A DNA stretch of 64,000 nt from Myxococcota bacterium (GTDB taxonomy: Bacteria > Myxococcota_A > SURF-8 > G963663525): NCBI GenBank assembly GCA_963676915.2, contig CAXXVK010000010.1, positions 128,001 through 192,000 of the forward strand, written 5' to 3'. Shown in pieces: positions 1 to 9,020 of the stretch. The translations under genes were made by a program, and so were the position numbers. Below the pieces are notes generated by a model. It was not told the DNA's origin. It saw nothing but the letters and a program-made list of their open reading frames with translations, and did no database searches. Each line of letters opens with the position of its first letter. The stretch's first letter is position 1.

Positions 1-1231
1 TCTGGGATTGACACCGATTCTCGTGCTGGATCATGTGACCGAGAGCAATCTCGTTCCCGCCCTGTTTTTCCTTTTCGGAGGTCTGTATTTCTGGGAGCGT
101 CTGCCGAACGAAACGAATCGCCTGTCGTACCGTGTCGCCGGGTTGGCGTTTTTGCTGGCTGCAACGGTGATTCGTCCTTTGTTCGTCGTGCTGATTCCGT
201 TGATCTGGGTGATTCTAACGCTTGGACGACCGGATCGCCGCCCTGTTCCTTTGGATCGCAAGCCCTTGAAAATTCTTGTATTAATGGCTTTGGCCGGAGT
301 TCCCGTACTGCTGCACGTGCTTTGGTTGGCGGGACAGCTTGCCTATGCGGAGCGTTTTGAAACCTGGTCGGGACTTCAAGGCATTGCCTGGACGTTTCGT
401 GAGTTCATCGGTTCGCGCAGCTTGTTGTACAATCCCTGGATGTTTCCGGCGTCGATCAGTTTTCTGGCCCTGTGCTCGCCGTTCGGACTTCGAGGCCGGT
501 TGTCGGTCTGGCTGGGACTGGCGCTGGTATCGCTGATGTTTTTCGCAGCCTACATGGTGGATCTCCCCGCCGAGTCACTTACGCGACTTCAAGCCCCTTC
601 GTTGAGCTTTACCGCGCTGGCGGCGTCGTTGCTGGTTGCGTCGCTCGTGGAAAGATACGGCGAACATCTTCCCGTTAGAGTGCTTGTTATGCTTGGGATC
701 GTGGGGGCTTTATTCGGTGCGCAATCGTATGTAACAATTGGAAATCTTTGGGAAAACAACAACCAGAATCACGAAGAACGAGCCTTGAAGCGCGTGGCGT
801 TTTCCCTGCCGGATCGTCCCGTGGCGCTTGTCGTGATGCGCGGTGATACGCCACGGCCCCAAAGCGTCCCCATCGAATACCCCGACCTTCGCTTTCTGCC
901 ACCGAACCGTCAGACAACCTTGCTTTCCATCGATGATTTCACCCAAAGGTTCAGTGAAGGCGAGACGTTTGAGGAAGTCTATTTTTACCTTGGAATGCGT
1001 TGTTATACCTTCGCTTCGAAAGAGCCGCCCGCGTCGCTACAAAACTACATTCATCCGGCCTGTAGCGGGTTGTTGAACCGTTTCGATACGGAAAAACTAT
1101 GGAGCGAAGATGTCCGCAACCTTTCCACACCGGGAGGATACATCGGATATCCCGAGAAAGAATATTTGGAATTGGCGCTCTACCGCGTCAAAGGGTGGCG
1201 AAACGCTAACAACAATCTCGGTAATGAGTAG
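1..1231 (+). CDS. Polytopic membrane protein, GT-C (PMT/ArnT-like) glycosyltransferase-like; probably 5'-truncated by the window edge
   Basis: ORF 8..1231 has many TM segments plus a C-terminal soluble domain; 3 bp upstream of a GT39-like gene. Confidence 0.55.
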   Translation, partial: LGLTPILVLDHVTESNLVPALFFLFGGLYFWERLPNETNRLSYRVAGLAFLLAATVIRPLFVVLIPLIWVILTLGRPDRRPVPLDRKPLKILVLMALAGVPVLLHVLWLAGQLAYAERFETWSGLQGIAWTFREFIGSRSLLYNPWMFPASISFLALCSPFGLRGRLSVWLGLALVSLMFFAAYMVDLPAESLTRLQAPSLSFTALAASLLVASLVERYGEHLPVRVLVMLGIVGALFGAQSYVTIGNLWENNNQNHEERALKRVAFSLPDRPVALVVMRGDTPRPQSVPIEYPDLRFLPPNRQTTLLSIDDFTQRFSEGETFEEVYFYLGMRCYTFASKEPPASLQNYIHPACSGLLNRFDTEKLWSEDVRNLSTPGGYIGYPEKEYLELALYRVKGWRNANNNLGNE

Positions 1232-1234
1232 AGT

Positions 1235-2755
1235 ATGGAGAGATTGTTCTTGAAAAACAAGCGGTTGGTGGTTTTCCTGCTCGGTTTTGCCGTGTTGTTT
1301 GCAGGAGCGTGGCTGCGTCTGTACGATCTCGGGGAACGTCCGTTGGACAACAACGAGAGCGGCCTGATGCGCTCGAATATTGAAGAAGTGTTTTCGAGCC
1401 ACGAAATCCACCGGCATCCGCCTTTGTACCATGTACTGCACCTCGTTCCTTCGGCTCTGAGCCACGATCCAGCGGCGATTCGTTCGCTATCGGCTACGTT
1501 CGGGTTGTTGTCCGTGTTGCTGTTGATGGGGTATCTCACTCGTCGTTCCGGCTGGGTGGCGGGTCTGGCCGCCGGTACGTTTCTCGCTTTCCATCCCTTG
1601 GCGATTTTGTCCTCCCAAACCCATTCGACCTACTCGATGATGCTGTTTTTAAGTCTTGGTGCCTCCATTGTGTGGCTCGACCGAAACAAGCACCGTCGAA
1701 CAGGTTACACGTATATCGTGTGGCGTACGCTAAGTTTGTTGACCGAGTACCTGCTTGTTTTTCACTGGGCAGCGGATGCGGTGCAAGCTGCCGTCATGAA
1801 ACGGGAAAAACGGAACCGCCTGGATTTCATTCGACTTTTCGTGCCGATACTGCTGGTGGCTCCGTTGGCGCTTTGGGCGGTTTCACAAGGTGGTGGTGTG
1901 GCCGTCGAGGAATACCTGAACGGTCCCGTTCGGGAGTCGTTGAGCGATTCCCTGCACTTTTTGCTGTTGTTTTTCGGTGGATACGACTGGCCCGCCTGTC
2001 TCGTGCTTGCGGCTATCGTGATCTGGACAGCTTCCGAGTGGCTTAAAGATAGGATGTTCCGGTATTTACTGGTGCTTTTCGTATTTTCCGTACTCGGAGT
2101 ATTTTTGGCGGCATTGGTGCTTCAGGTGGATGAACGCCACGCCACGTTGTATCTCGGAGCGGGAGCCTGGATCGTTGGTCTAGTGGTTCAAATGGTCTGG
2201 CGAAAAGGGAAGGGTGGGAAAATTCTCGTGGCGGCGTATATGCTCCTTTTCGTGGTGTCCAGCCTGACCGGTGAGACGCTGCACGACCGGGACGACCGGT
2301 TGGTGGTCAATACCTGGCGCGAACGTCTCGACGACGTGGCTCGGACTCTTCCCGATGACCGGCCGATCCTCGCCTGGCCCGCGCTAAGTTTCAATCGCAT
2401 CCTGAATACCATCGAAAAGGGACGATTGCGCCCGGAAGGCGATACGAAAAACTGCCCGGATGCATCCGATGTCCACTGCCGCGTTCGGGGTGGGCAGATG
2501 CTGATTTTCATTCCCGGCGACCGCTCGCCCGAACCGGAACTTACGTGGCTTCAAGCGCGTGAAACCTTCGTATTCCTGGATCTTTACAGGGTTTTCGATC
2601 CAGGACAGAAGTTGGCGAAGTACCGCGAGCACCCGGACTGGCCGCTGGTCGATGCCATGGCCTGGGACTTTGATCTGTCTAGCGTGTTGACTCCTTTGGG
2701 TTGCCGGAAACGTCCCGACGGCGTCGTATGGGATTGTCCGAAACAGGATCAATGA
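1235..2755 (+). CDS. Glycosyltransferase family 39/83-like (PMT_2) membrane protein
   Basis: N-terminal TM then LRLYDLG...NE, HPPLY motif, RxLS, about 11-12 TM segments. Confidence 0.75.
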   Translation: MERLFLKNKRLVVFLLGFAVLFAGAWLRLYDLGERPLDNNESGLMRSNIEEVFSSHEIHRHPPLYHVLHLVPSALSHDPAAIRSLSATFGLLSVLLLMGYLTRRSGWVAGLAAGTFLAFHPLAILSSQTHSTYSMMLFLSLGASIVWLDRNKHRRTGYTYIVWRTLSLLTEYLLVFHWAADAVQAAVMKREKRNRLDFIRLFVPILLVAPLALWAVSQGGGVAVEEYLNGPVRESLSDSLHFLLLFFGGYDWPACLVLAAIVIWTASEWLKDRMFRYLLVLFVFSVLGVFLAALVLQVDERHATLYLGAGAWIVGLVVQMVWRKGKGGKILVAAYMLLFVVSSLTGETLHDRDDRLVVNTWRERLDDVARTLPDDRPILAWPALSFNRILNTIEKGRLRPEGDTKNCPDASDVHCRVRGGQMLIFIPGDRSPEPELTWLQARETFVFLDLYRVFDPGQKLAKYREHPDWPLVDAMAWDFDLSSVLTPLGCRKRPDGVVWDCPKQDQ

Positions 2756-2848
2756 CGTTGGTGTTGTTTCGATGTAAATGTATGCAGTGCTGCCTCGAAT
2801 GTCTCTGACTCAATGCTTTTGACTTAAGTGAAACGACTGTTTTCTTGT

Positions 2849-2943
2849 GGGTGGCACGGTCTTTGCCCGAAGGGCAATGGCCGTGAGATTCCAAGTACTT
2901 GCTGCACGGCCATCGATTCTTCGAATCGAAGACCGTGCCACCC
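2849..2943. repeat. Inverted doublet of GGGTGG-type REP-like hairpins
   Basis: gggtggcacggtct...tggccgtg / cacggcca...agaccgtgccaccc; second doublet at 52610-52701, single unit at 20607-20638. Confidence 0.75.
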
Positions 2944-3190
2944 TTCGTTTTCATGGATATCTATCGCTAAAACCAACGGGTACTTGTCATATTGCGAGCC
3001 ATCGAAGACCTCTCCATTTCTCCGTAAAATCGAAAGAAAATGCGAAAAATAGGGAATTATACTGCACGCATGGTAAGAAAACGGTACAATGCGTTTCCGA
3101 AAAGGGCTGTTTCCCCAATGTTTTTATAGTTTTGAATGAATTCGGCTATCGTTATTTTTTTCGGTGGCCACGATCTCAACGCAAGGAGGA

Positions 3191-4693
3191 ATGATGCAGG
3201 TTACGTTTAAAAAAGGAAACCCGATGACCGCCAAAGCGGACGTGCTGGTACTGCCGGTTTACGAAGAAACCTGGGAAAAAGATCCCCTACTGCTGGAAGC
3301 GGACAGCGCTTTGGATGGGCAATTGTTACCTGCACTGAAAACTCGTGAATTCAAGGGTACTGCGGATAGTCGGGCGGCCTTCGATACCTGGGGCAAGCTG
3401 GCTGCGGGGAAACTCGTGGTGGCAGGTGTCGGCAAGAGTGACGAACAGACCGCCGACAGCCTTTGGACGTTTGCCTCCAACGCCATTTCCAAACTGCATT
3501 CCAAAGGCATGAAAGCTGCCGTGCTGGCGTACACGTTTACGGAAGACGATCCGAAGAAAACCCTGGAATTGCTGGCCACCGGACTTTTAACGGGTAGCTA
3601 CAGTTTCACGAAGTATAAAAAAGACGATAAAAAATCAGGTTTTACGAAACTTTCCATCGTTGCACCGAAAGAAAATTTCAAGGGCAGCGGCAAAGAAGCG
3701 CTGGAAAAAGGATTGGCTCTGGGCGAAGCGATCAACTTCAGCCGGACGTTGGTCAATACTCCGACCGAGGATATGAACCCCAGTCATCTTGCCAAAGAAG
3801 CAAAAGGTCTGGTCGCCAAAGGCGAGAAGGATCTGAAAGTACAGGTACGTTCCGAGGCCGAGATTAAAAAGCTGAATATGAATCTCTACTTGGCCGTGGC
3901 TCGTACCGCTGCCAACCCGCCGAAGCTGATCACCCTGGAGTGGAAACCCAAAGGAACCGCTCGGCAGAAACCGCTCGTCGTGGTTGGAAAAGGTCTGATG
4001 TACGATACCGGCGGATTGTCGCTGAAACCTTCCACAAGCATGGATACGATGAAATGCGACATGGGTGGATCGGCGGCCGTGCTGGGATTGTTCCATTTTC
4101 TCGCCAAGGTGCGTCCGAATCGTCGGGTAGTCGGTGTGATTGCGGCTTGCGAAAACTCCATCGGTGGCAAAAGCTACCGTCCCGGCGATGTTTTCACCTC
4201 GCGGCGCGGAATCAGTGTGGAAGTCCTCAATACCGACGCCGAAGGTCGCCTGACCCTGGCCGATGCCCTCGATTTCGCGCAAACGCAATACAAACCGGCC
4301 CAGATGATCGACCTCGCCACCCTGACCGGCGCTTGTGTCGTGGCTTTGGGTGAAAGCACGGTCGGGTTGATGTCCAACGACAAGGAATTCTCCCGCAATA
4401 TTGAGGATATGGCTGAAAAAGCGGGGGAAGATTTCTGGCCGTTGCCGCTCAATCCCAAGTATGAAAAGCTGATCAAATCCGACTTTGCGGACATCAAGAA
4501 CATCGGTGGACGCTGGGGCGGTGCTTTAACGGCGGGATTGTTCCTGCAACGTTTCGTGGATGACGACCTGCCCTGGGCGCATCTCGATATTGCCGGTCCG
4601 GCCTATACGGGCGCGCCTGTCGGGCATTTAAGCAAGTATGCCACCGGTGTTGGTGTCGCGACGCTGGCCGAGTGGGTGTTGAATGGCAAATAA
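3191..4693 (+). CDS. pepA: Leucyl aminopeptidase (M17)
   Basis: VGKGLMYDTGG, MKCDMGG, NTDAEGRL, WAHLDIAG motifs; AGGAGG RBS before ATG 3191. Confidence 0.95.
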   Translation: MMQVTFKKGNPMTAKADVLVLPVYEETWEKDPLLLEADSALDGQLLPALKTREFKGTADSRAAFDTWGKLAAGKLVVAGVGKSDEQTADSLWTFASNAISKLHSKGMKAAVLAYTFTEDDPKKTLELLATGLLTGSYSFTKYKKDDKKSGFTKLSIVAPKENFKGSGKEALEKGLALGEAINFSRTLVNTPTEDMNPSHLAKEAKGLVAKGEKDLKVQVRSEAEIKKLNMNLYLAVARTAANPPKLITLEWKPKGTARQKPLVVVGKGLMYDTGGLSLKPSTSMDTMKCDMGGSAAVLGLFHFLAKVRPNRRVVGVIAACENSIGGKSYRPGDVFTSRRGISVEVLNTDAEGRLTLADALDFAQTQYKPAQMIDLATLTGACVVALGESTVGLMSNDKEFSRNIEDMAEKAGEDFWPLPLNPKYEKLIKSDFADIKNIGGRWGGALTAGLFLQRFVDDDLPWAHLDIAGPAYTGAPVGHLSKYATGVGVATLAEWVLNGK

Positions 4694-4737
4694 ACCGGTT
4701 CGATGTTGAAAATAGGTTGACTCGAAACCGTTGAGTC

Positions 4738-4780
4738 GACGCGGTTTCTCGGATTTTTCGGGAAACCGCGTCCTCCTTTT
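4738..4780 (+). terminator. GC-rich hairpin after pepA, possible terminator or RNA-stabilising stem
   Basis: gacgcggtttctcg-gattttt-cgggaaaccgcgtc followed by ctcctttt. Confidence 0.45.
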
Positions 4781-4800
4781 CCAGAGACTGAGGAAAAACG

Positions 4801-6024
4801 ATGCTTCCTCTGGCCTTGCATTCCGGCGCTTCCATCGGGCTGATCGCTCCTTCCGGTCCGTTTGACCGAAACGTTTTCGAACGCGGTCTGACGACTCTGG
4901 AATCCTGGGGATTCACCCCCGTATACGACGAAGGATTCTTCGAACGGGACGGTTACCTTGCCGGTGACGACGACCGCCGCCTGGACGAGTTGCATCGCCA
5001 GTTGGATAACGACACCTGTGCTCTGCTTGCCGTTCGGGGCGGCTACGGGGTACATCGGTTGCTGAGTCGCCTCGACCCGGAACGGGTGAAACGCTCCGAA
5101 AAACTGTTGATGGGTTTCTCCGATATCAGCGGTTTGCACCTGGCCTGGCGTCGTTTCGGAGGCCCGAGCAGTCTGCACGGTCCCAACCTTACCGGACTGG
5201 CGAACCTGAATGAAAACCTGGTGAAACGCTGGCTCGGGCTGGTGTCCGGCGTTCAGACGGCGGGCGACCTGCACGATTCGCCATTAATGGTATTGCGCGG
5301 AGGTCGTGCCGAGGGACCGTTGTTGCCGACGAATCTTTGCCTGTTGTCCACCTTGATGGGCACCGGTTTCCTGCCCGAATTCGATGGGGTGATTCTTGCC
5401 CTGGAGGATGTGGGAGAAGCCTTGTATCGTATCGATCGGATGCTGCACCAACTGGCTTTAGCCGGGGTGTTCTCTCGCGTGGCTGGGGTGATTCTGGGAC
5501 AGTTTACGCCTCCGGGAGAAGTCGACGTTGCCCAACGTGCCGACTTCGAACGAGCGGTGGCCGAGATCGTTCTCGATGTGACGAAAAACGCTCGCGTACC
5601 TGTTTTTGGAGGATTTCCGTTCGGACACGAAGCGAACAACCACCCTCTGCCGGTGGGTGTCCCCTGCGCGATAAACGATTCCACCTGCCGCCTGACCCTC
5701 TTGTCCCCCCCTGGTGCGGCGTTGAAAATCGGTGGGACAAAATTTCGGGAATCTGAAGGCGACGACAAAAAATCAAAAACTCGTTTCTTACGTGTTAACG
5801 GGGTGTTAGAGACCCCCAAAAAAACCGCGAAAAAAAGCGCCACAATAAAGTACAACAGCAAACCATTTTGCAATACGTCATTTGTTCCGTTTTCTGTCGA
5901 AATGCATTTTCTGCAACTGCCCGAAGTGCATCGCTTTTTAAGAAATCGTTATATAAGCTGGCGCGATGCGTTAATCTATTCACTATATATTTTGAATAGA
6001 TCTTTTTCCTTTTATACCCCATGA
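4801..6024 (+). CDS. LD-carboxypeptidase (peptidase S66); true stop probably near 5725
   Basis: IAPSG, RGGYG, GFSDIS nucleophile, LEDVGE, FGH; the last ~100 aa run into AT-rich intergenic-like DNA after a C7 run. Confidence 0.9.
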   Translation: MLPLALHSGASIGLIAPSGPFDRNVFERGLTTLESWGFTPVYDEGFFERDGYLAGDDDRRLDELHRQLDNDTCALLAVRGGYGVHRLLSRLDPERVKRSEKLLMGFSDISGLHLAWRRFGGPSSLHGPNLTGLANLNENLVKRWLGLVSGVQTAGDLHDSPLMVLRGGRAEGPLLPTNLCLLSTLMGTGFLPEFDGVILALEDVGEALYRIDRMLHQLALAGVFSRVAGVILGQFTPPGEVDVAQRADFERAVAEIVLDVTKNARVPVFGGFPFGHEANNHPLPVGVPCAINDSTCRLTLLSPPGAALKIGGTKFRESEGDDKKSKTRFLRVNGVLETPKKTAKKSATIKYNSKPFCNTSFVPFSVEMHFLQLPEVHRFLRNRYISWRDALIYSLYILNRSFSFYTP

Positions 6025-6260
6025 TGAACTCCCGAGAGTGATTTGGCGCGAGTTTGCAGGATTTGAAATCGATTTTCCCCTTATGGTGCAAGGACATCCG
6101 AGTTTTAACAAAAAAACACTTGTTTCGTTTTCCCACTATTGATACGGTCTCAAGCACTACGGGCTATTACTGGCACCTGATTGAAGATGCATCGGGGGCT
6201 GCGACGGCGAAAAGAAGTCAAGCGGCGCGTGGAGAGGCCGCTCGAATTTGAGGCACCGGT

Positions 6261-7595
6261 ATGTATAAAGAGTGGGAAAAAACACTAGACAGTTTACAGC
6301 AAAAGACGGACCCACAACATTTTGAAGTTTGGTTCAAGTCTTTGAAGGTGAAGTCGAGGGATCAATCGTCGGTGACGTTGTCTGTCCCGAACCGTTTCAT
6401 GAAAGACTGGTTGAGCAAGAATTATCTGGATATCCTTGAAGACGAGGTTTCCAAGCAGGCCGGAAAAACCATGCAAGTCAAGCTGGTTTCACGTCCCGCT
6501 GAAAAGAAAGAAACACAGACCCCGAAGGTTTTCCACAAAACCTTGCATCGTCAAGAGATCGAAGCCCCTTCTTCTCACCATTTCAATGCAAAATTCACTT
6601 TCGACGATTTCGTGGTCGGAAAAACCAACGAGTTTGCGCACGCCGCCTGCAAGGCTGTGGCCCGTGCTCCGGGCGACGCTTACAATCCGTTGACGCTTTA
6701 CGGCGGCACAGGCTTGGGAAAAACCCACCTGCTCCACGCCATCGGCCACGAGTTGAAAAAGAACTATCCGGGACTGAAGGTCGTGTACCTCAGCAGCGAA
6801 ACGTTCATGAATCAACTCATCGCTTCCATTGCCGGAAGCAAAATGGAGGATTTCCGTCGCCGCTACCGGGAACGATGCGATGTGTTGTTGGTGGACGACG
6901 TGCAGTTCATCGCCGGAAAGACCTCGACCCAGGAAGAATTTTTCCATACGTTTAATGCCCTGCACCAGTTAGGCAAGCAGGTTGTCGTGACCACCGATCA
7001 GTTTCCGCAGGAGTTGAAGAACCTCGACGAGCGCATCCGAAGCCGCCTGGTGTCCGGGCTGACTGCCGATATCAAGGAGCCGGACATGGAAACCCGAGCC
7101 GCGATTTTGAAGCGAAAGGCCGAATCCAGCGCAATCGACATTCCCGACGATGTGGTGGATTTTCTCGCCAAAAACGTACGCAACAACGTACGCGAACTCG
7201 AAGGTTGCCTGTTGCGGCTGAGAGCGAAGAGTTCGTTCAATCACTGTCCGATAACATTGGCGCTGGCCAAGGACACGCTGAAAAATTTCATGAACGTTTC
7301 TTCCGGCGTGATTACCCCCGAGCGCATTTTCACCATCGTCAGCCGCTACTACGAAATCAATCCTTCGCAGTTGAAATCCCGCAGCCGGGCACGCAATGTC
7401 GTGCTGCCTCGTCAGGTTGCCATGTACCTGATGAAAAAACACACCGACCTCGTGCTTTCCGGGATCGGCAAGGAATTCGGCGGCAAGGACCACACCACCG
7501 TGATGGCGTCGATTCGCAAAATCGAGAAATCGATCATGGAGGACAAAACCCTGCGAGACTCCATCGAAACGTTGGAAAAGCAACTGCTGGACTGA
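6261..7595 (+). CDS. dnaA: Chromosomal replication initiator DnaA (possibly a paralog)
   Basis: YNPLTLYGGTGLGKTHL Walker A, DDVQF Walker B, TQEEFFHTFN, RELEG, RQVAMYL...GGKDHTTV. Confidence 0.95.
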   Translation: MYKEWEKTLDSLQQKTDPQHFEVWFKSLKVKSRDQSSVTLSVPNRFMKDWLSKNYLDILEDEVSKQAGKTMQVKLVSRPAEKKETQTPKVFHKTLHRQEIEAPSSHHFNAKFTFDDFVVGKTNEFAHAACKAVARAPGDAYNPLTLYGGTGLGKTHLLHAIGHELKKNYPGLKVVYLSSETFMNQLIASIAGSKMEDFRRRYRERCDVLLVDDVQFIAGKTSTQEEFFHTFNALHQLGKQVVVTTDQFPQELKNLDERIRSRLVSGLTADIKEPDMETRAAILKRKAESSAIDIPDDVVDFLAKNVRNNVRELEGCLLRLRAKSSFNHCPITLALAKDTLKNFMNVSSGVITPERIFTIVSRYYEINPSQLKSRSRARNVVLPRQVAMYLMKKHTDLVLSGIGKEFGGKDHTTVMASIRKIEKSIMEDKTLRDSIETLEKQLLD

Positions 7596-7629
7596 GTTTT
7601 AAAACTTAGAAAAAACGGAACAAATAAAC

Positions 7630-7656
7630 AAAGGATGGGTCACCCCCCATCCTTTT
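7630..7656. terminator. Bidirectional intrinsic terminator between convergent dnaA and isochorismatase-family gene
   Basis: aaaggatggg-tcaccc-cccatcctttt. Confidence 0.75.
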
Positions 7657-7678
7657 GCTCGTTTTGAAGCGAAAGCGC

Positions 7679-8392
7679 TCAATTTGTACCTGTATAGATT
7701 TGCTTCACCGAGGATATCAGTTCTACGCCATCCATTTCTCGAAAAGAAGCGATTGCTTCTTTCAAATCGTCCGAATCGGAAGCTCCAAGCGCGTTTTCCA
7801 GAACTGAAACACGATAATTTCTATTTTTCGCTCCTTTGATGGTCCAGTAGACGCATTGATCGGCAAAGACACCCAGCACAATCAGGTGATTTATTTGTTG
7901 TTGCTGTAGGTACGTTTCGAAGGCTTTGTTTGTAAAGGCATCTGGAGCACTTTTCTGGAAAACCGGTGCATTCTCCGCTTTCAGGCGATTGTCGATTTTC
8001 GCCCCCGAAGTTCCGGAAATTGCCGCATCATTTCGAAACCAGTTGCCGATACTATCGGAAGGATCGAACGCGTTGGCGATAAGAATGATCGGCAGACCTT
8101 GGGTTCTCGCCTCAGCAATGGCATTGTTTGTCTTGTCAATCAGCGGAGTTATTTGTTTTGCGGCGATTGGCATGCGTCCATTCTTGTGGAGAAAATCCTG
8201 TTGCATATCCATTATGAGGAGCGCCGTTTGAGGGTTTTCATAGAAAGGAATCGGATCGCCCGAAGTGTCAAAACAACCAACAATCAACAGCAGAACACTG
8301 AGAATCGAGATTCGAAACCAAGCCTTGATATCAACGAGGCGAATTTTCTCATGTTTGAGTTTGCGACCGTAATAGTTGGCTTGTGGCTTCAT
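7679..8392 (-). CDS. Isochorismatase-family cysteine hydrolase, possibly a lipoprotein
   Basis: ALLIMDMQQDF, K..PDAF, GVFADQCV catalytic motifs; LLIVGC lipobox-like segment. Confidence 0.88.
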   Translation of the reverse strand: MKPQANYYGRKLKHEKIRLVDIKAWFRISILSVLLLIVGCFDTSGDPIPFYENPQTALLIMDMQQDFLHKNGRMPIAAKQITPLIDKTNNAIAEARTQGLPIILIANAFDPSDSIGNWFRNDAAISGTSGAKIDNRLKAENAPVFQKSAPDAFTNKAFETYLQQQQINHLIVLGVFADQCVYWTIKGAKNRNYRVSVLENALGASDSDDLKEAIASFREMDGVELISSVKQIYTGTN

Positions 8393-8430
8393 CGAATCCT
8401 CTTGTTTTTCGGGGTTGAAAGTCTTAAAAC

Positions 8431-8461
8431 AAAAAAAGGATGGGTTAAAAACCCATCCTTT
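8431..8461 (-). terminator. Intrinsic terminator of the RRM gene
   Basis: aaaggatgggtt-aaa-aacccatccttt with an A7 tract (U tract on minus strand). Confidence 0.75.
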
Positions 8462-8507
8462 CGTTCGCTTTGAAGCAAAAGCTACAACCGGAACGGTTGT
8501 GCTTTCG

Positions 8508-8780
8508 TTACCAGCGGCGGCCGCTGTCGCGACGAGGCTTATCGATAGCTTCGTTCACGCGAATCGGGCGTCCATCCAGGTCGCTTCCATCAAGCTCAAG
8601 AGCTTTCTGAGCGTCGTCGTCGTTGACGAACGTGACGAATCCGAATCCACGGCTACGGCCGGTGTCACGGTCCGTAATCACTTTGGCTTCGTCGACTTCA
8701 CCGAAAGCACCAAAGGCGTTTTCCAGTGCAGCATTATCCGTGGCCCAAGCCAAGTTCCCTACGTACAGCTTCTTCTGCAT
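8508..8780 (-). CDS. RRM-domain RNA-binding protein
   Basis: KLYVGNL (RNP2) and SRGFGFV (RNP1); start set at MQKK (8780). Confidence 0.93.
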   Translation of the reverse strand: MQKKLYVGNLAWATDNAALENAFGAFGEVDEAKVITDRDTGRSRGFGFVTFVNDDDAQKALELDGSDLDGRPIRVNEAIDKPRRDSGRRW

Positions 8781-9020
8781 ACCCAATATCCTTTCAAACA
8801 AGAAACAAGCACCGGGAAACACTCCCGGCAAGGTGTGTTGCAAAAACACGCCAATTCCGTCGATTTTGTCGATTCTGGTCAAGGCAACGTTTTCATTCCA
8901 CACCGGAAACTTGCAGCACTATGCACAAATTTCAAGGCGAAAGCAAGTGAAATCCCATGAAAAAATCCGGTACATCCTGAATGTACTTGATTTTTCGCTC
9001 ATTCAAATATCGCTATTTCC

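Noticed and set aside
6043-6057. Sigma54-like TGGCGC...TTGCA upstream of dnaA
   Set aside because: GG-to-GC spacing is one base short of the -24/-12 requirement
5760-6260. oriC upstream of dnaA
   Set aside because: AT-rich, but no consensus DnaA boxes were seen by eye and the usual gene context is missing
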